DNA from: Malacoraja senta
Lineage: Eukaryota
DNA length: 64,000 nt
Assembly (NCBI GenBank): GCA_038087875.1
Contig: CM075984.1
Coordinates: forward strand, 14,074,001 to 14,138,000
Reading direction: 5' to 3'
Numbering within the stretch: position 1 is the stretch's first letter; the number at the start of each line of letters is the position of its first letter. Shown here one piece after another: positions 38,743-51,659 of this stretch. The notes below the pieces were generated by a model that worked only from the letters and a program-made list of their open reading frames with translations, searched no databases and was not told the origin of the DNA. The translations under genes were made by a program, and so were the position numbers.

Positions 38743-40191
38743 ATGTGTTATTGCAGAAAGCAGTATGACCTGTGCAACTTGTGTGGTAACAGAGAACATG
38801 TGGAAAAGTTGAACACTTTATGAATATAATTTTACAGTAAAATTGTGCAGCATAGAAACATAGAAAATAGGTGCAGGAGTAGGCCATTCGGCCCTTCGAG
38901 CCTGCACCACCATTCAATATGATCATGGCTGATCATCCAACTCAGTATCCTGTACCTGCCTTCTCTCCATACCCCCTGATCCCTTTAGCCACAAGGGCCA
39001 CATCTAACTCCCTCTTAAATATAGCCAATGAACTGGCCTCAACTACCTTCTGTGGCAGAGCATTCCCACAGATTCACCACTCTCTGTGTAAAAAATGATT
39101 TTCTCATCTCGGTCCTAAAAGACTTCCCCCTTGTCCTTAAACTGTGACCCTTTGTTCTGGACTTCCCCAACATCGGGAATAATCTTCCTGCATCTAGCCT
39201 GTCCAACCCCTTAAGAATTTTGTAAGTTTCTATAAGATCCCCCCTCAATCTTCTAAATTCTAGCGAGTACAAGCCGAGTCTATCTAGTCTTTCTTCATAT
39301 GAAAGTCCTGCCATCCCAGGAATCAGTCTGGTGAACCTTCTCTGTACTCCCTCTATGGCAAGAATGTCATTCCTCAGATTAGGAGACCAAACTGTACGCA
39401 ATACTCCAGGTGTGGTCTCACCAAGACCCTGTACAACTGCAGTAGAACCACCCTGCTCTTATACTCAAATCCTTTTGCTATGAATGCTAACATACCATTC
39501 GCTTTCTTCACTACCTGCTGCACCTGCATGCCTACTTTCAATGACTAGTGTACCATGACACCCAGGTCTCGCTGCATCTCCCCTTTTCCTAATCGGCCAC
39601 CATTCAGATAATAGTCTACTTTCCTGTTTTTGCTACCAAAGTGGATAACCTCACATTTATCCACATTATACTGCATCTGCCATGCATTTGCTCACTCACC
39701 CAACCTATCCAAGTCACCTTGCAGCCTCCTAGCATCCTCCTCACAGCTAACACTTCCCCCCAGCTTCGTGTCATCCACAAACTTGGAGATGTTGCATTCA
39801 ATTCCCTCATCCAGATCATTAATATATATTGTAAATAGCTGGGGTCCCAGCACTGAGCCTTGCGGTACCCCAGTAGTCACTGCCTGCCGTTGTGAAAAGG
39901 ACCCGTTTACTCCTACTCTTAATGTGAATATATTTTTAATGATAATAACTGAGGGAGCAGAAAAGGCTGTTTTGCAGAAGCCCCATTGCTGCTTTGAGGC
40001 AGAAAGGTGGTGATGTATTGGACAATGGATCAAGTCATACATGGATGTCCTTGGAAGACAAAGGGCCAATTTTAGCTTAGTTAGTATAGCTTTGGAAAAG
40101 GTGTATTGAATTCTGAATCTTGCAGTTCATTTTTATATAAACTTTAATGCAATTATCACTGTCCCTTTTTTCTCTTTCCCCCTCCCTGTAG

Positions 40192-40251
40192 GCTGGAGCT
40201 CCAATGGGGCAGTTTCCAACAGGAAATTCCTCAACCAACCCATTCTTATAG
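40192..40251 (+). other. AGFG1: Second copy of the AGFG1 terminal exon, inside the duplicated block
   Basis: Identical to 25620-25679 at offset 14572. Confidence 0.85.
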
Positions 40252-43071
40252 CCCAAATGGTTGCCATCAGGAGTGCGGTGTCGGTGTGTGACGTCTCCAG
40301 ACCTCTTGCACAGTTTTGTTGCTCACTGATCTTAGCTTTAAACACGGGAGTCTCTGAAGCTTGTATTTTGTATAAATGGGATAATATATGCAGAAAAAGG
40401 ACTCCCACTCATGTCCTTAATATAACTGTTACTTGGCACGAAGGTTCAAGATGTAATCATATCATGTATATTGAAATGGGCTGATGTTAAGTTATTGCAA
40501 ATCCTACCTTTCATTGCTGTGCAGTACTGTACATATTTTTCTTGGAAATTTAGCTATTTGTGCACATTGGTATTTGTAATTTAACACACACGTTGAATGT
40601 GAAATGTTACTGAACAAAAGGGATTGTGAGATTGCTGAATCTACAAGGTTGAAATTGCTGCAACAACATTTGCCTTTTAAGTTCTGGTTTTGAACTAAAC
40701 CAGAAGTTTTATCAATTTGGTGACTTAAAATATAGTGGATTTTCTTTCTCCGAGGAAAATTCTCTTATTTATAATCTGAGCATGTAGGGAACTGTACCTC
40801 TGCCTAATAAAGGAGATCATGTTTTGCTACAGTTTGCAATTGACAAAATAAATACTGTATTAGTAAGAATGTTCATGGAAATTTATTTTAAATGTGATTA
40901 TTGTGATATTGCATTGCCATTCATTACATATGAAATCAAAGAAATTACAATGCAGGAGGAAGCCATTCATCTCTGCAGTTGAATTGATTGAATACATTGA
41001 TTGAAAGGTACAACATGGAAACAGGCCCTTTGGCCCACCGAGTTTACACCAACCATCTATCTCACTTTCACACTAGTTCTGTGTCAACCCACTGTCTCAT
41101 CCACTTCAAACACACTCGGGGCAATTTACAAAGGCCACTTAATCTACAAACCTGAACATTTTTAGGATGTGGGAGGAAATCGGAACACCTGGAGGAAATC
41201 CAAGCAATCACAGGAAGAATGTGCAAACTCCACACAGACTGCACCCGAGGTCAGGAACAACCCTGGTCTCTGGCACTGCGTGGCAGCAGCTCTACCAACC
41301 GTGCCAGCCTATTGTATTTAAGATTCTATCTAGATTCTAAATTTCAGAACATATTTAATTTGTTATGAGATGTTCTGTTATTATCAGAGGAGTTGAAAGC
41401 TATTGCATGTTGAGTTTTGTCATGATTGTCTCTGATTCAAAAGATAAGTAGTAAGCCATTCTATGTTTCAAAAAATAATTGTACAAAAACATTCGACCAA
41501 CCTCTGTTTTGGACCTGAGATCATCCAATTCACTGCCACTGGGTGACATTGGCTGAGAGAATATTGAAACTGATCTTTTTTTTAAATCACCTGCTTGTTC
41601 CCCATGGATTTGCCCCTTCCTATCTTGTCCATCTCCCCAGCCAAACGCCCCATTGGTGCAGTTGGTGTGTTTATCGGCTGTTGTAAATCACCCCTAATGT
41701 AGGTGGATGATGGAAGAATCGGGGACAAAATATTGATGAGGGGGAAAGACAGGATTATTGTCGATGGTTGCTTGATGGTCGGGATGGGCTGAAGGGTCTG
41801 TTTCCGTGCTGCACGATGTTGAATTCTATAAAGTTGGAGTAAATGGGGAGCAGGTGGAAAGGAGTCCGTACCCAACATAAGGAAGAGAGTTTGGAAGTTG
41901 TTCATCTTGGCCTAAAGCACAGAACTGTGTCAGACATCTTTGACATAACTATTTAATCAATGGCTTATTATCCACTAAAGCAACGTGAGGCCCCCCTCCA
42001 GCAAAATGCAGGATGAATGGTAGCGTATAATTTTTCTCCCAATCACTGCTCATTGTCCAAAAGATGCTATCCCCCATCCACAATAATACCGACTATGAAG
42101 GAAACCCATGATGCTCGATTCACATTGATTTTTCAAAATAAGCAAATGTCTTTCCTTTCATTTCAATTAATTTGATGCTCTCCTCCCCACTGTAGAATAT
42201 CTTGCAATTGGTGAAAAATAAAAAAAATGTTCTGAATCAGAATCAGATTTTATTCGCCAAGTATGTTTTGCAACATACGAGGAATTTCACTGTAGGAGTC
42301 TGAAGAAGGGTTTCGGCCCGAAACGTTGCCTATTTCCTTCGCTCCATAGATGCTGCTGCACCCGCTGAGTTTCTCCAGCATTTTTATGTGTACTGAGGAA
42401 TTTCACTGGCCAGGCCAGTCATACAATTAGAAGCAACAGACTCAAAAACACATTTTAACATGAACATCCAGCACAGTGACTCCTACACATTCCTCACTGT
42501 GATGGAAGGCGAAATAAAGTTCAAGTACTTCCCTTATGTTCTTCCTTGGTCGGGGGCCTCGAGCCCCCATTAACGGGATGATCTTGACTCCCGTAGCCGG
42601 TGGCGTATGGGCCCTCCGCGTCGAGGCGTTCAGCTCCTGCATCGGGGGGTTGTCAGCTCCCCGCGCCGGGTTATCAAACCTCGCGTAGGGGCTGGTCGAA
42701 CCTTCTGCGGCTTTGGAGCTCCCGACTAGCCTCTCCCGAGACTGCGAGCCCTTGATGGTAAGTCCACAGGCCGCGGTGGAAGCGATCCCAGGCAAGGGAT
42801 CCGCTCCGATGTTGAGTCCGCGCCCCGCGGTGGGGCTCACGACAGTCCGAGGCGGCTTCCAGCTCCAGCGATGGTAGGCCGCAGAGCCCAGAGAATGTGA
42901 TCCGAAAAATGACCACATCTCCGGGAAGGTAAGAACCTGAAAAAAAAGTTTCCCCTGATCCCCCCCCCACATAAAACAAACAAAGTACATTAAATCAAAC
43001 TTTTAACAAACACTAAAAATAACAAAACAATGAAAAAATCGCTACTGCATTTTGGGGACAAAGAGCATTCT

Positions 43072-43239
43072 TCAGAGCTGCGCTGTAATTTCAGTATCAT
43101 TTCTGGCCGGCGAAGTATTTTCAATGATTCCAGAACCAACGTGTCTCTTTCCTTTCCTTCTGGTTTGGACAAAACTGTGGATTCCTCTGACAAGGAAAAT
43201 TCCTGCAATTACTGCAAAGTAGGTCGCATAAATAAGAAA
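43072..43239 (-). CDS. SLC19A3: SLC19A3-like terminal coding exon (FLIYATYFAVIAGIFLVRG...ITAQL*)
   Basis: tttttgcag| acceptor; TM12 motif 'FLVYGSYFAVIAGIFL'; TGA at 43072-43074. The five exons sum to 1470 nt (489 aa + stop). Confidence 0.92.
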   Translation of the reverse strand, partial: FLIYATYFAVIAGIFLVRGIHSFVQTRRKGKRHVGSGIIENTSPARNDTEITAQL

Positions 43240-45923
43240 CTGCAAAAATTAAAAATATATATAAATTATTGTAAGATAATTAGTGCAATATTCACAGGCA
43301 TCATCACAAAATGGTTGCTGGGACTAATTGCAAAAAAATATAGAACACATATTTTCTGCTACATAATGTTAAAGAAAGAATATTACTTTAAAGCAGTTAA
43401 TTTATTATCTCCTCCCATTTGCTGGTTGATGGGTGCTCTCAGCAAGTCTTTAGCATCTTCATTGCCTGTACATGTTCCTAAGACTGGTGGAAGTAGATGT
43501 CCTATTGTATTATTCAACTAGTTTCAGATGCCAATGTGCTACAACATGCCACAAACTCAATCTGGTAATCTTTCGAGCAGCCTTCTTGTGTTTCTGCCTT
43601 GTTTAAATATATTCTTGGTCAAAGTGTTATAAGCTGTGCCAGTTTGCTTTTGGATCCTTCATTCAAATCATTGGCATATTATGAATTGCAGGGACCCAAG
43701 TACTGATCCCTATGGCACTCCACCGGTCTCTGCCTGATATGTGGAAAGAGACTCAATTATTCCTGCCCTCTGTTTTCTGTCTGTTAACCATTTCTCAATC
43801 CATGTCAATACATAATCCCCATTCCAAGTTTTTTTAGTTTTGCACATTAACCTCTTAAGTAGAACTTACGAAAAACTTTCCAAAAGTCCAAATATATTAC
43901 ATCCGAAAGTACACCCTTATCTATCCTCCTGGATACGTTTTCAAAAACTCCATTGAGAATAAACCCATGCCGACTTTGTCCAATTCCTTTAATGCTTTCC
44001 AATTGTCTGGTTATTATATCTCTGTTAGATTCGGCACCTTTATCCACTATTGATGTTAGGCTTATAGCTCAGTAATTTCCTACATTTTAGTTAATAGGGA
44101 GGTTACATTTGTCAACTTCCTATCTGTAGAAATTGCTCCAGTACCTCAAAAGATTTGAGAGCTGTTCTCCAATGTATCCACTGTTTCCAGCTGCTCCCTG
44201 GAATACTCTTGGATGCAGATTCTCAAGTGTTGGACATTTGCTAGCATTTACCCCCATTACCCCACTATTTCTTTACTATTACTGTTTCCCTTCAGTTCTG
44301 CCTCTCTAGACCCTGACCTTGGTGTTCTCCTTTGTGAAGACAGAACTATGCTATGTGTCTAGGAAGGAACTGCAGTTGCTGGTTGTCAGAGAGAGGAGAA
44401 CGTCTTCAAAGCAGGCATACCTTGAGATTTTCACAGTGGAGCCGACAAAATGTGTAGGAGGAACTTCCTGGAGAAGGGTATCGATCCGAAACATCACCTT
44501 TTCCTTTTCTCCAGAGATGCTGCCTGACCAGCTGAGTTACTCCGGCATTGTGCGTCTATCTATGGTATGTGCCTAATGTTCTGCTCCTTGGTCATAATTT
44601 TTTATTGTAAATAACCCCGTTTCTGGGTAATAGCTGGGCCTATATTTGTATTCACTTCCATTTCCTCTGCACATTTTTATTGAAGATTTCACATTTACTT
44701 TTTATGGTCACCACAAGCTTTCCCTCATCTTCATCTTCCACTGAAAGTTTGCTGAATTCTAAATGTTCTCCAACCTTCTGGCTTGTAGCCTTTTCTGGCA
44801 TATTAATGCCCCCCGCCATCCCTCGTATTGAAACAATCCCTAATTTCCTTTTCAAAAAAACAAAAAGCTGGAACAACTCAGTGGGTCTGGCACTCTGTGG
44901 AGGGAATGAGCAGATGACATTTTGTGTCAGGACCCTTCCTCTGACTGATGGAGTAAGGGGGAGAAAGCTGGAAAAGAGAGGTGGGGGAGGGGCAAAGCCT
45001 GGAAAGTGATGGGTGGATACAGGTGAGGGGGTCAGGGGGTGACTGGGAAATGGGTGGAGTAAGTGACAAAGTCTGGAGTGGAAAGAAGACAAAAGAGTGT
45101 CAGAGGAGTAGTGGAATGTAAAGCATGGGAGGAAAATGAGTGGAAGGAAATGGGGGAGGGGATAAAGGGGAAACATGTGACAGGGTGGGAGATAAACACA
45201 GGGAGGAGGGGTGACAAGGATGGTGGAACAAATGTGTTGGCACTGGAGTGGGGGTAAGGGGAAAGAGGGAGGTAGGGGAATATCCCTGAATCTCATATAT
45301 CCCTTTGATATCTCCTCTTTTATTGACCAAAATGAGAAATTTGCAGATTTCCTTTCCTAGTGGTGAGCTGAATGGGTTTAAAGCTATCATGATGGTTTCA
45401 TTATGTTAGCTGCGTTAATTTTTTTGGGGATCTGGAGAAGTAGTTTAGTTTCATTTAGAGATACAGTGCAGAAACAGGCCCTTCAGCTGACCGTGTCCGC
45501 GCCGACTAGCGATCCCCGTACACTAGCCTTATCCTACACACTAGGAACAATTTATACCAAAGCTGATTAAACTAATAACCTGTATGTCTTTGGAGTGTGG
45601 GAAGAAACCGAAGCACCCGGAGAAAACCCACACAGTCACTGGGAGAACGTACAAACTGTACAGACAGAATACGTGGTCAGGATCGAACCCGGGTCTCAGG
45701 CGCTGTGAGGCAGCAACTCTACCACCGTGCCACCGTGCCATCCAGTGATTAAGCAAATAAGTTAAAATTTACCGAAACTTGTAATAGGATTTGAACTTCT
45801 GTGCCCCACTGAAGAATTGCAGCCTCTGGAGTATTTATCTAGTTAACATAACCATTAAACATTACCATTGCTTTAATAAGTATACATGTATGTGTGTATA
45901 AACATATAATATGTATAAATAAC

Positions 45924-46065
45924 CTGGGTAATAATGTCCAAACCGAGGCCTCTTGAATCAACCACAATGATGGTCAGGAGGGATTGAAGTATCATAGCCA
46001 TCGCGGTATTTACTCCAAATATGAGAGCATAATGTCCCTTCTTGAGGTTAACTGCAATTTGAAAC
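45924..46065 (-). CDS. SLC19A3: SLC19A3-like coding exon 4 (FQIAVNLKKGHYALIFGVNT...VVDSRGLGLDIITQ)
   Basis: tccag| acceptor, CAG|gttatt donor, 142 nt. Matches 'FQIAVNL..RYALVFGINT...VVDQRGL'. Confidence 0.92.
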
Positions 46066-46584
46066 CTGGATTCGGAGAAAATCTTGTTATACTCAAATTT
46101 CTCAGCATTTTACGGAAAGATTTACAAAGTCATTGTACTTATTTAAACAAAGACTGAAGTTAACACTATACATGAGATTACTTGTTTTAACAAAAAAAAA
46201 ACTCATTCATTTCTGGGCTAAACATGTATCTAACCTCATGGTATTCTCCCCACCAGCCTTCACATCCAATACATCATTCTTTGACATTTCCGTCACCTTC
46301 AATGTTATCCCATCTTCCCATCCCCACTCTTTACAGATTTGTTGCCTTTCAGCACCAGAGACCCGGGTTCAATCCTGACTATGGGTGCTGTCTGTACAGA
46401 GTTTGTGACTGTGACCGCGTGGATTTTCTCGAGGTTTCCTCCCGCATTCCAAAGATTTGCAGATTAGCTTCTGTAAGTTGTCCCTAGAGTTAGGATAGAA
46501 CTAGTGTACAGGATGCTTATTGGTTGGCATGGACTTGGTGGGCTGAAGGGCCAGTTTCCATATTGTATCTCTAAGCTAAACCGC

Positions 46585-47392
46585 TCACACCTTAACTCTT
46601 TTGGTACACACATCCCCTCCCGCCCAAACTACCCCCTTCCCAGGTATTTTCCCTACAACTGCAGGAGATGCAGCTCCTGTCCTTACATCTCCCTCATATC
46701 CATCCAGAGACCCCTGCAGTCCTTCCAGATGTGACAGGTTCACGTGCACCTCCTCGAACCGCATCTACTCTATCCGGTGTTCCTGACATACCTCGTACAT
46801 CGGCAACACCACGCTTAGACTCAGCATCCATTTCGTCAAACACTAGCACTCAATCTGCCAAGGTCAATGGATTTCCCAGTTGGTAACCATCTTCATTCCT
46901 CATCACATTCCCATACTGACCTGTCTGTCTTGGGCTTCCTCATTGCCACGTGCAAACTGGAGGAGCAGCCCCTCATATTCCACATAGGTAACTTACAACC
47001 CAACAGTATGAACATTGAATTCTCCAATTTTAGGCAACTTACTAACCCCCCTCCCACACCTTCTTCCCCGCCCCCCCCCCCCTCTTCCCTGTGCCCCACC
47101 TGGACTGTTACATCACATACCTTTAGTCTTTTCATCTCTGGTCTTTGCCCAACCATCTACCTATCTAACCCCTCCCCTTCACCTGTGTACACCTTGTCCT
47201 TGTCAGGTTTGTCCTGCCCTTCCCCCCTTCCATCTTTCTTCCCCACCTCCCACTACGATCAGTCTGCAAAAAGAAGGGTTCCGACCCGAAATGTCGTCTA
47301 TCCATGTTCTCCAGAGGCAGTGCCTGACTCTCTGAGTTACTCCAGCACTTTGTGTCTTTTTTTGTAAACCAGCATCCGCAGTTCCTTGTTTT
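46585..47392 (+). mobile_element. Penelope-like element 3' part: GIY-YIG endonuclease remnant, pyrimidine-rich tract, hammerhead-containing terminal repeat (partial copy 32018-32402)
   Basis: FTCTSSN.IY.IRCS and CKLEEQ.LIF.IG.LQPNSMNIEFSNF, followed by gaagggttccgacccgaaatgtc...gagttactccagcac. Confidence 0.85.
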
Positions 47393-48108
47393 TACATGTA
47401 TCTACCCTCGTCTATTTAGAGAGATTTACTGTACAAGTGAGATCTCATTTCTGTCAATTCCTGAAACACAACTGCAAAATATCGAAATGGTTTGTTTTCC
47501 CATTACTTCATGTGAGATTTCAATCAAAATCTATCTCTTGTTGTAGAGTTGAACTGTTCTCAGATGATAATATTGGAGGTACCTTTACAAACCATAAAAG
47601 ATCACAAGTGCTGGGCAATAAATGTGGCTTTGTCAGGAATATCCATGTTCTCTGAAGTTTAAAAAAACAACTTATGCCATGGTCTGACATGGGCTAGGTA
47701 ATTAATGGGTAAATTCAACAGAATTAAATCCAGCATTTAAAATTAAATCCAGCAGAGGATGGATTTAAAATAAACCACTGAGAAAGTAAAAACCAAGCCT
47801 TTTGTATGTTTTTTCCTTTAGATCAGAAAAATCCAACATTCAGATAATGTTCAGCATTTTGCTCATAACCATAATCACAGTCTGAAAAGTGGTTCCGATC
47901 CGAAACGTCACCCATCCTTTCTCTTCAAAAATGTTGCCTCTGCCTTTCCCGCTGAGTTACTCCAGCACTTTGTATCTATCACAATTCTGCAGTTCAGTGG
48001 AAGTCATTACGTTAGACTTATCTTACAAATATTGTAACTATTTTGGTTAGTTCTGTACTTTCATTAAAAACAGCTGGGCAACGGTAAAGTTTACTGTTTC
48101 ATACTTGC

Positions 48109-48301
48109 ATCGTAATGGTAATCAGCAGCATGTAACAGCTCTTGAATACGCTGTAGCAAACATAACAAACCCAGATATTTTTGGTTAAAGCCATGGCATA
48201 TGAAACTCCGCTGTTCACCACTGAAAAGATGCCGAGTGCCAGTTCACCCCAGACTGCCCAGTCCAGCTCTGTATGCCCAATGGCAAAGGCACAGGTAGCA
48301 C
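48109..48301 (-). CDS. SLC19A3: SLC19A3-like coding exon 3 (GATCAFAIGHTELDWAVWGELALGIFS...FKSCYMLLITIT), GC donor
   Basis: ttcttcag| acceptor; 193 nt; donor AT|gcaagt. The frame joins the next exon as AT|G = Met. Confidence 0.88.
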
Positions 48302-49197
48302 CTGAAGAATAGAATGAGGAGAATCATCAATGTCAACAATCTTGACCCAGGCCAGCTGAGTAACCTACATGGAGTCTACATGATCCGTTCACCCCTTTAA
48401 TGAACAGTAATGTATTTGCCATAAACAATGTTTCCTTTTAAATCAGAAGCTCTGAAATCTGTCGGACAACACTCTCTGTCATTGAATCAAAGAGTCTTAC
48501 AACGTGGAAACTTGCCCACACTGGCCATGTCCCATCTACGAGTCCCATCTGCCTGCATTCGGCCCATATCCCTCTAAACCTGTCCTGTCCATGTACCTGT
48601 CTAAATGTTTCTTAAAAGTAACTCTGCTTCAAGTTCTGGTGAACTTCCCCAAAGACTCATTGTGGCTTCATTGACCATGAAGAGGTAATTAATTGCCAGA
48701 TAGATGAGCCCAGCAAAAAATTGTTAAATCTGCCAGTAGCAATAGACCTTACAGTCAGATAAGTTTCAATAAAGTAAAAATGATTAGCCTTCAGTTGAAA
48801 GCTCCGATTCACAGCTCTGATGTCTGAGGTACACTATGTCAGACGTAGATACAAGACAGGGTCAAGACATTTGTAACTGAAGACTGAGTATCATCCAAAG
48901 ACTGGGAGTGTCCCACTCTTGCCAATGATCCTGTTATTTATTTTTCTGTGACTGCATGAACAAAAACAAAGGAGGTTGTTTAACAAAGGTTGGGTGAACT
49001 TTTTGTAACTGTTGGCACCAGACATGTGGCGACTCTTGTGTACTGCCTGTACTGGGCGAGGTATGCTGTGTGATTTTACTGGGTTGTATGCAAAACAAAG
49101 CATTTCACTGTACCTATGTACATGCAACAATAAAGTATCATTGACTCATTGAAGCCCATTCAAACCTGCAGAGCATTCTTGTCAACATCCCAACATC

Positions 49198-49296
49198 TCT
49201 TCAATTGCCGGTGAAACTCTGTTGACTTCAGCCACATCTTTCCTGTGAAAAGTCATACTTCTCTTAAACGTTGGCAAGAGAAGGTCGGTTAGGAAG
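49198..49296 (-). pseudogene. Diverged ~100-bp relic of SLC19A3 exon-2 sequence inside intron 2
   Basis: Translates FLTDLLLPTFKRSMTFHRKDVAEVNRVSPAIE, versus FLTALFLPTSKRSKIFHREDVAEVHRMSPAIE at ~49965-50062. Confidence 0.8.
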
Positions 49297-49364
49297 CTAT
49301 TCTCTCGACACCCCCTACCCCCCTCCCCACCCCCACTTGTCCCTTCCCAATTTTTCTGTCATCT

Positions 49365-49569
49365 TAGAAACATAGAAACATAGAAAATAGGTGCAGGAGT
49401 AGGCCATTTGGCCCTTCGAGCCTGCACCGCCATTCAATATGATCATGGCTGATCATCCAACAGTATCCTGTACCTGCCTTCTCTCCATACCCCCTGATCC
49501 CTTTAGCCACAAGGGCCACATCTAACTCCCTCTTAAATATAGCCAATGAACTGGCCTCAACTACCTTCT
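49365..49569 (-). mobile_element. Short CR1 3' end in SLC19A3 intron 2
   Basis: (CATAGAAA)n tail and near identity to the ends of the 12632 and 24279 copies. Confidence 0.9.
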
Positions 49570-49664
49570 TTCCTTTCCTACTCCCACATGTTTACATCTG
49601 CACCAGCAGTAAGGATGTTGCATCAACGGATTTCTCTTTTGCTGATGAAAGCTTCTCGACTTAC

Positions 49665-50460
49665 CCATGAGGTTGGAGATGGTTTCTGCACCGCCATTGT
49701 ACACTGTAACATTCCCTGTTGGCTCAATGTGTTCCCAGAGCACCTGGATGTAACTTGCAACTTGGTTAAAGCCAGCCGTGGCCAATGCCCACCAAAGGCA
49801 CCAGCAGAGCAGCTGTGGAGATGAGTAGCATTCTTTGAAGTCAGACCACAGCTGGAGGAACACATTTGAAGCATTGTTATGATCTGTTATCATTGCCAGT
49901 CCATCAACTGTCTGATCACCCGGGTTGTCCTGGGATCTAGTCTTTCCACGCTTTCGTCGGCCATCTTCAATTGCCGGTGACATCCTGTGGACTTCAGCCA
50001 CATCCTCCCTGTGGAAAATCTTACTTCTCTTGGACGTTGGCAAGAAGAGGGCGGTCAGGAAGGCCACGGACACCGAAGCGAGCGAAATCACATTGAGACA
50101 GAAATACGAGGCGTTCCACACAGAGATTAAAACTTGTCCCAGAGTTGAGCCGAGAGTGTGTCCAACCAATATGACAGTCCGACAGTAACCAGTCACCTTC
50201 TGATAGTGCTCAGAGCTAATGGCACTGTAGATGTACGAAAAATAAGCTACATTGGTGGCAGCCACCAAACCATAGTCAAAGAGAAGATATTTCATGGCCA
50301 AAACCCCTCGGCTTAAAATTAATATTGTGCACTGAATAATTAAGGCAAAACCATGAAGAACTATGACAGGTTTGTGCCTTAAATAATCTGTGAGCAAGAA
50401 GGTGGGAATTAACAGTACCAAACACGAGTATGTCCATATTGGCAATATTTCATTCATAGC
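49665..50460 (-). CDS. SLC19A3: SLC19A3-like coding exon 2 (AMNEILPIWTYS...YNGGAETISNLM)
   Basis: tttcag| acceptor, G|gtaagt donor, 796 nt open. SLC19/reduced-folate-carrier motifs TDYLRHKPV, EHYQKVTGYCR and WCLWWALATAGFNQV. Confidence 0.92.
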
Positions 50461-51659
50461 CTGAAAGTAAGTAGGAAAATGTATAAGGATACTTCCAAAA
50501 TAAACAGATTATAAATAAAACTAATAATCCTAGAAATACAAAAATACAATAAGTATGCAGATTATATTTGGGATTATATAATATCCAGTGGTCATTTCTT
50601 TAATTGAAGAAGGGTTTCGGCCCGAAACGTTGCCTATTTCTTTCGCTCCATAGATGCTGCTGCACCCGTTGAGTTTCTCCAGCACTTTTGTCTACCTTCA
50701 ATTTTCCAGCATCTGCAGTTCCTTCTTAAAAACATAATTACTTTAATTGCAGTTTTCTGGGATTCTCAAAAATATTTTTTTGTTATTTGATACGAGGTTT
50801 ATTAGGTTCAGATGTAAATGTAGCAGAGTTGACAAATTGTGAGCAAGTTGATAGAAAATATTAAATAATCTTTTGTGATGAAAATATTAAATAATCTTTT
50901 GTGATGGAGAAGGTTTGAATCAGAAGCTTGTTTGGTGGTCAGATCGGATTGGAAGGTACAAACAGTTTGACTGTCTCTCCATTTGGAAAAGGAAAATGAG
51001 GTGTGGACTCAGTTGCACACACTTAGTGCCGTAGACTTAGGGACCTTTCAAGTTAGAGAAGCTGTGCTGGTGTTCTCAGTGCAGCTGGGCTTCTATATTA
51101 GTTGAATAGAAGTAAGACAATGGGGAGAAGTACAACAAGCTGGAGTAACTCAGCGGGTTAGACAGCATCTCTGGAGAAAAGGAATGGGTGACATTTCGGG
51201 TCGACAATGGGGCCGCCGCCACTGTCACCATCATGCGTGACATGGAAAACTCTCAAGCACAAAATATATTTCTAAAGGACTAAAAATAATATTCCTATTC
51301 ATGAAGATCTGCACTAAATCCTTAAACATCTAATTTTAAAAGGAAGTTACTCCAATTCTAGGAAAAAATCATTGAATGTTGCAAATAATAGATGGAGTAC
51401 ATTGTTCAATATAGTTCATGCTGTCAAAAAAAAGACACAAACTGCTGGAGTAACTGCGGGTCAGGCGGCTTCTCTGGAGAATGTGGACACCAAGTTCTGA
51501 ATTAACTCAGCAGGTCAGGCAGCATCTCTGGAGAAAAGGGATGGGTTCCGACCCGAAACGTCACCTTTTTGTTCCAGAGATGTTGGCTGACCCATTGAGT
51601 TACTCCAGCACTTTGTGTCTATCGTCAGTATAAACCTTCCTTCCTACACATTTTGTCAA

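Larger units (their letters stand above)
18031..46969. repeat. ~14.4-kb near-identical tandem duplication (18031-32402 and 32603-46969) flanking an assembly gap
   Basis: All ORFs and repeats recur at offset ~14570, with only scattered SNPs and 1-4-bp indels. Confidence 0.95.

Noticed and set aside
49561-49664. C-terminal extension of the 298-aa ORF (GKSRSFHQQK...)
   Set aside because: Read-through past the G|gtaagt donor into intron and CR1 sequence.
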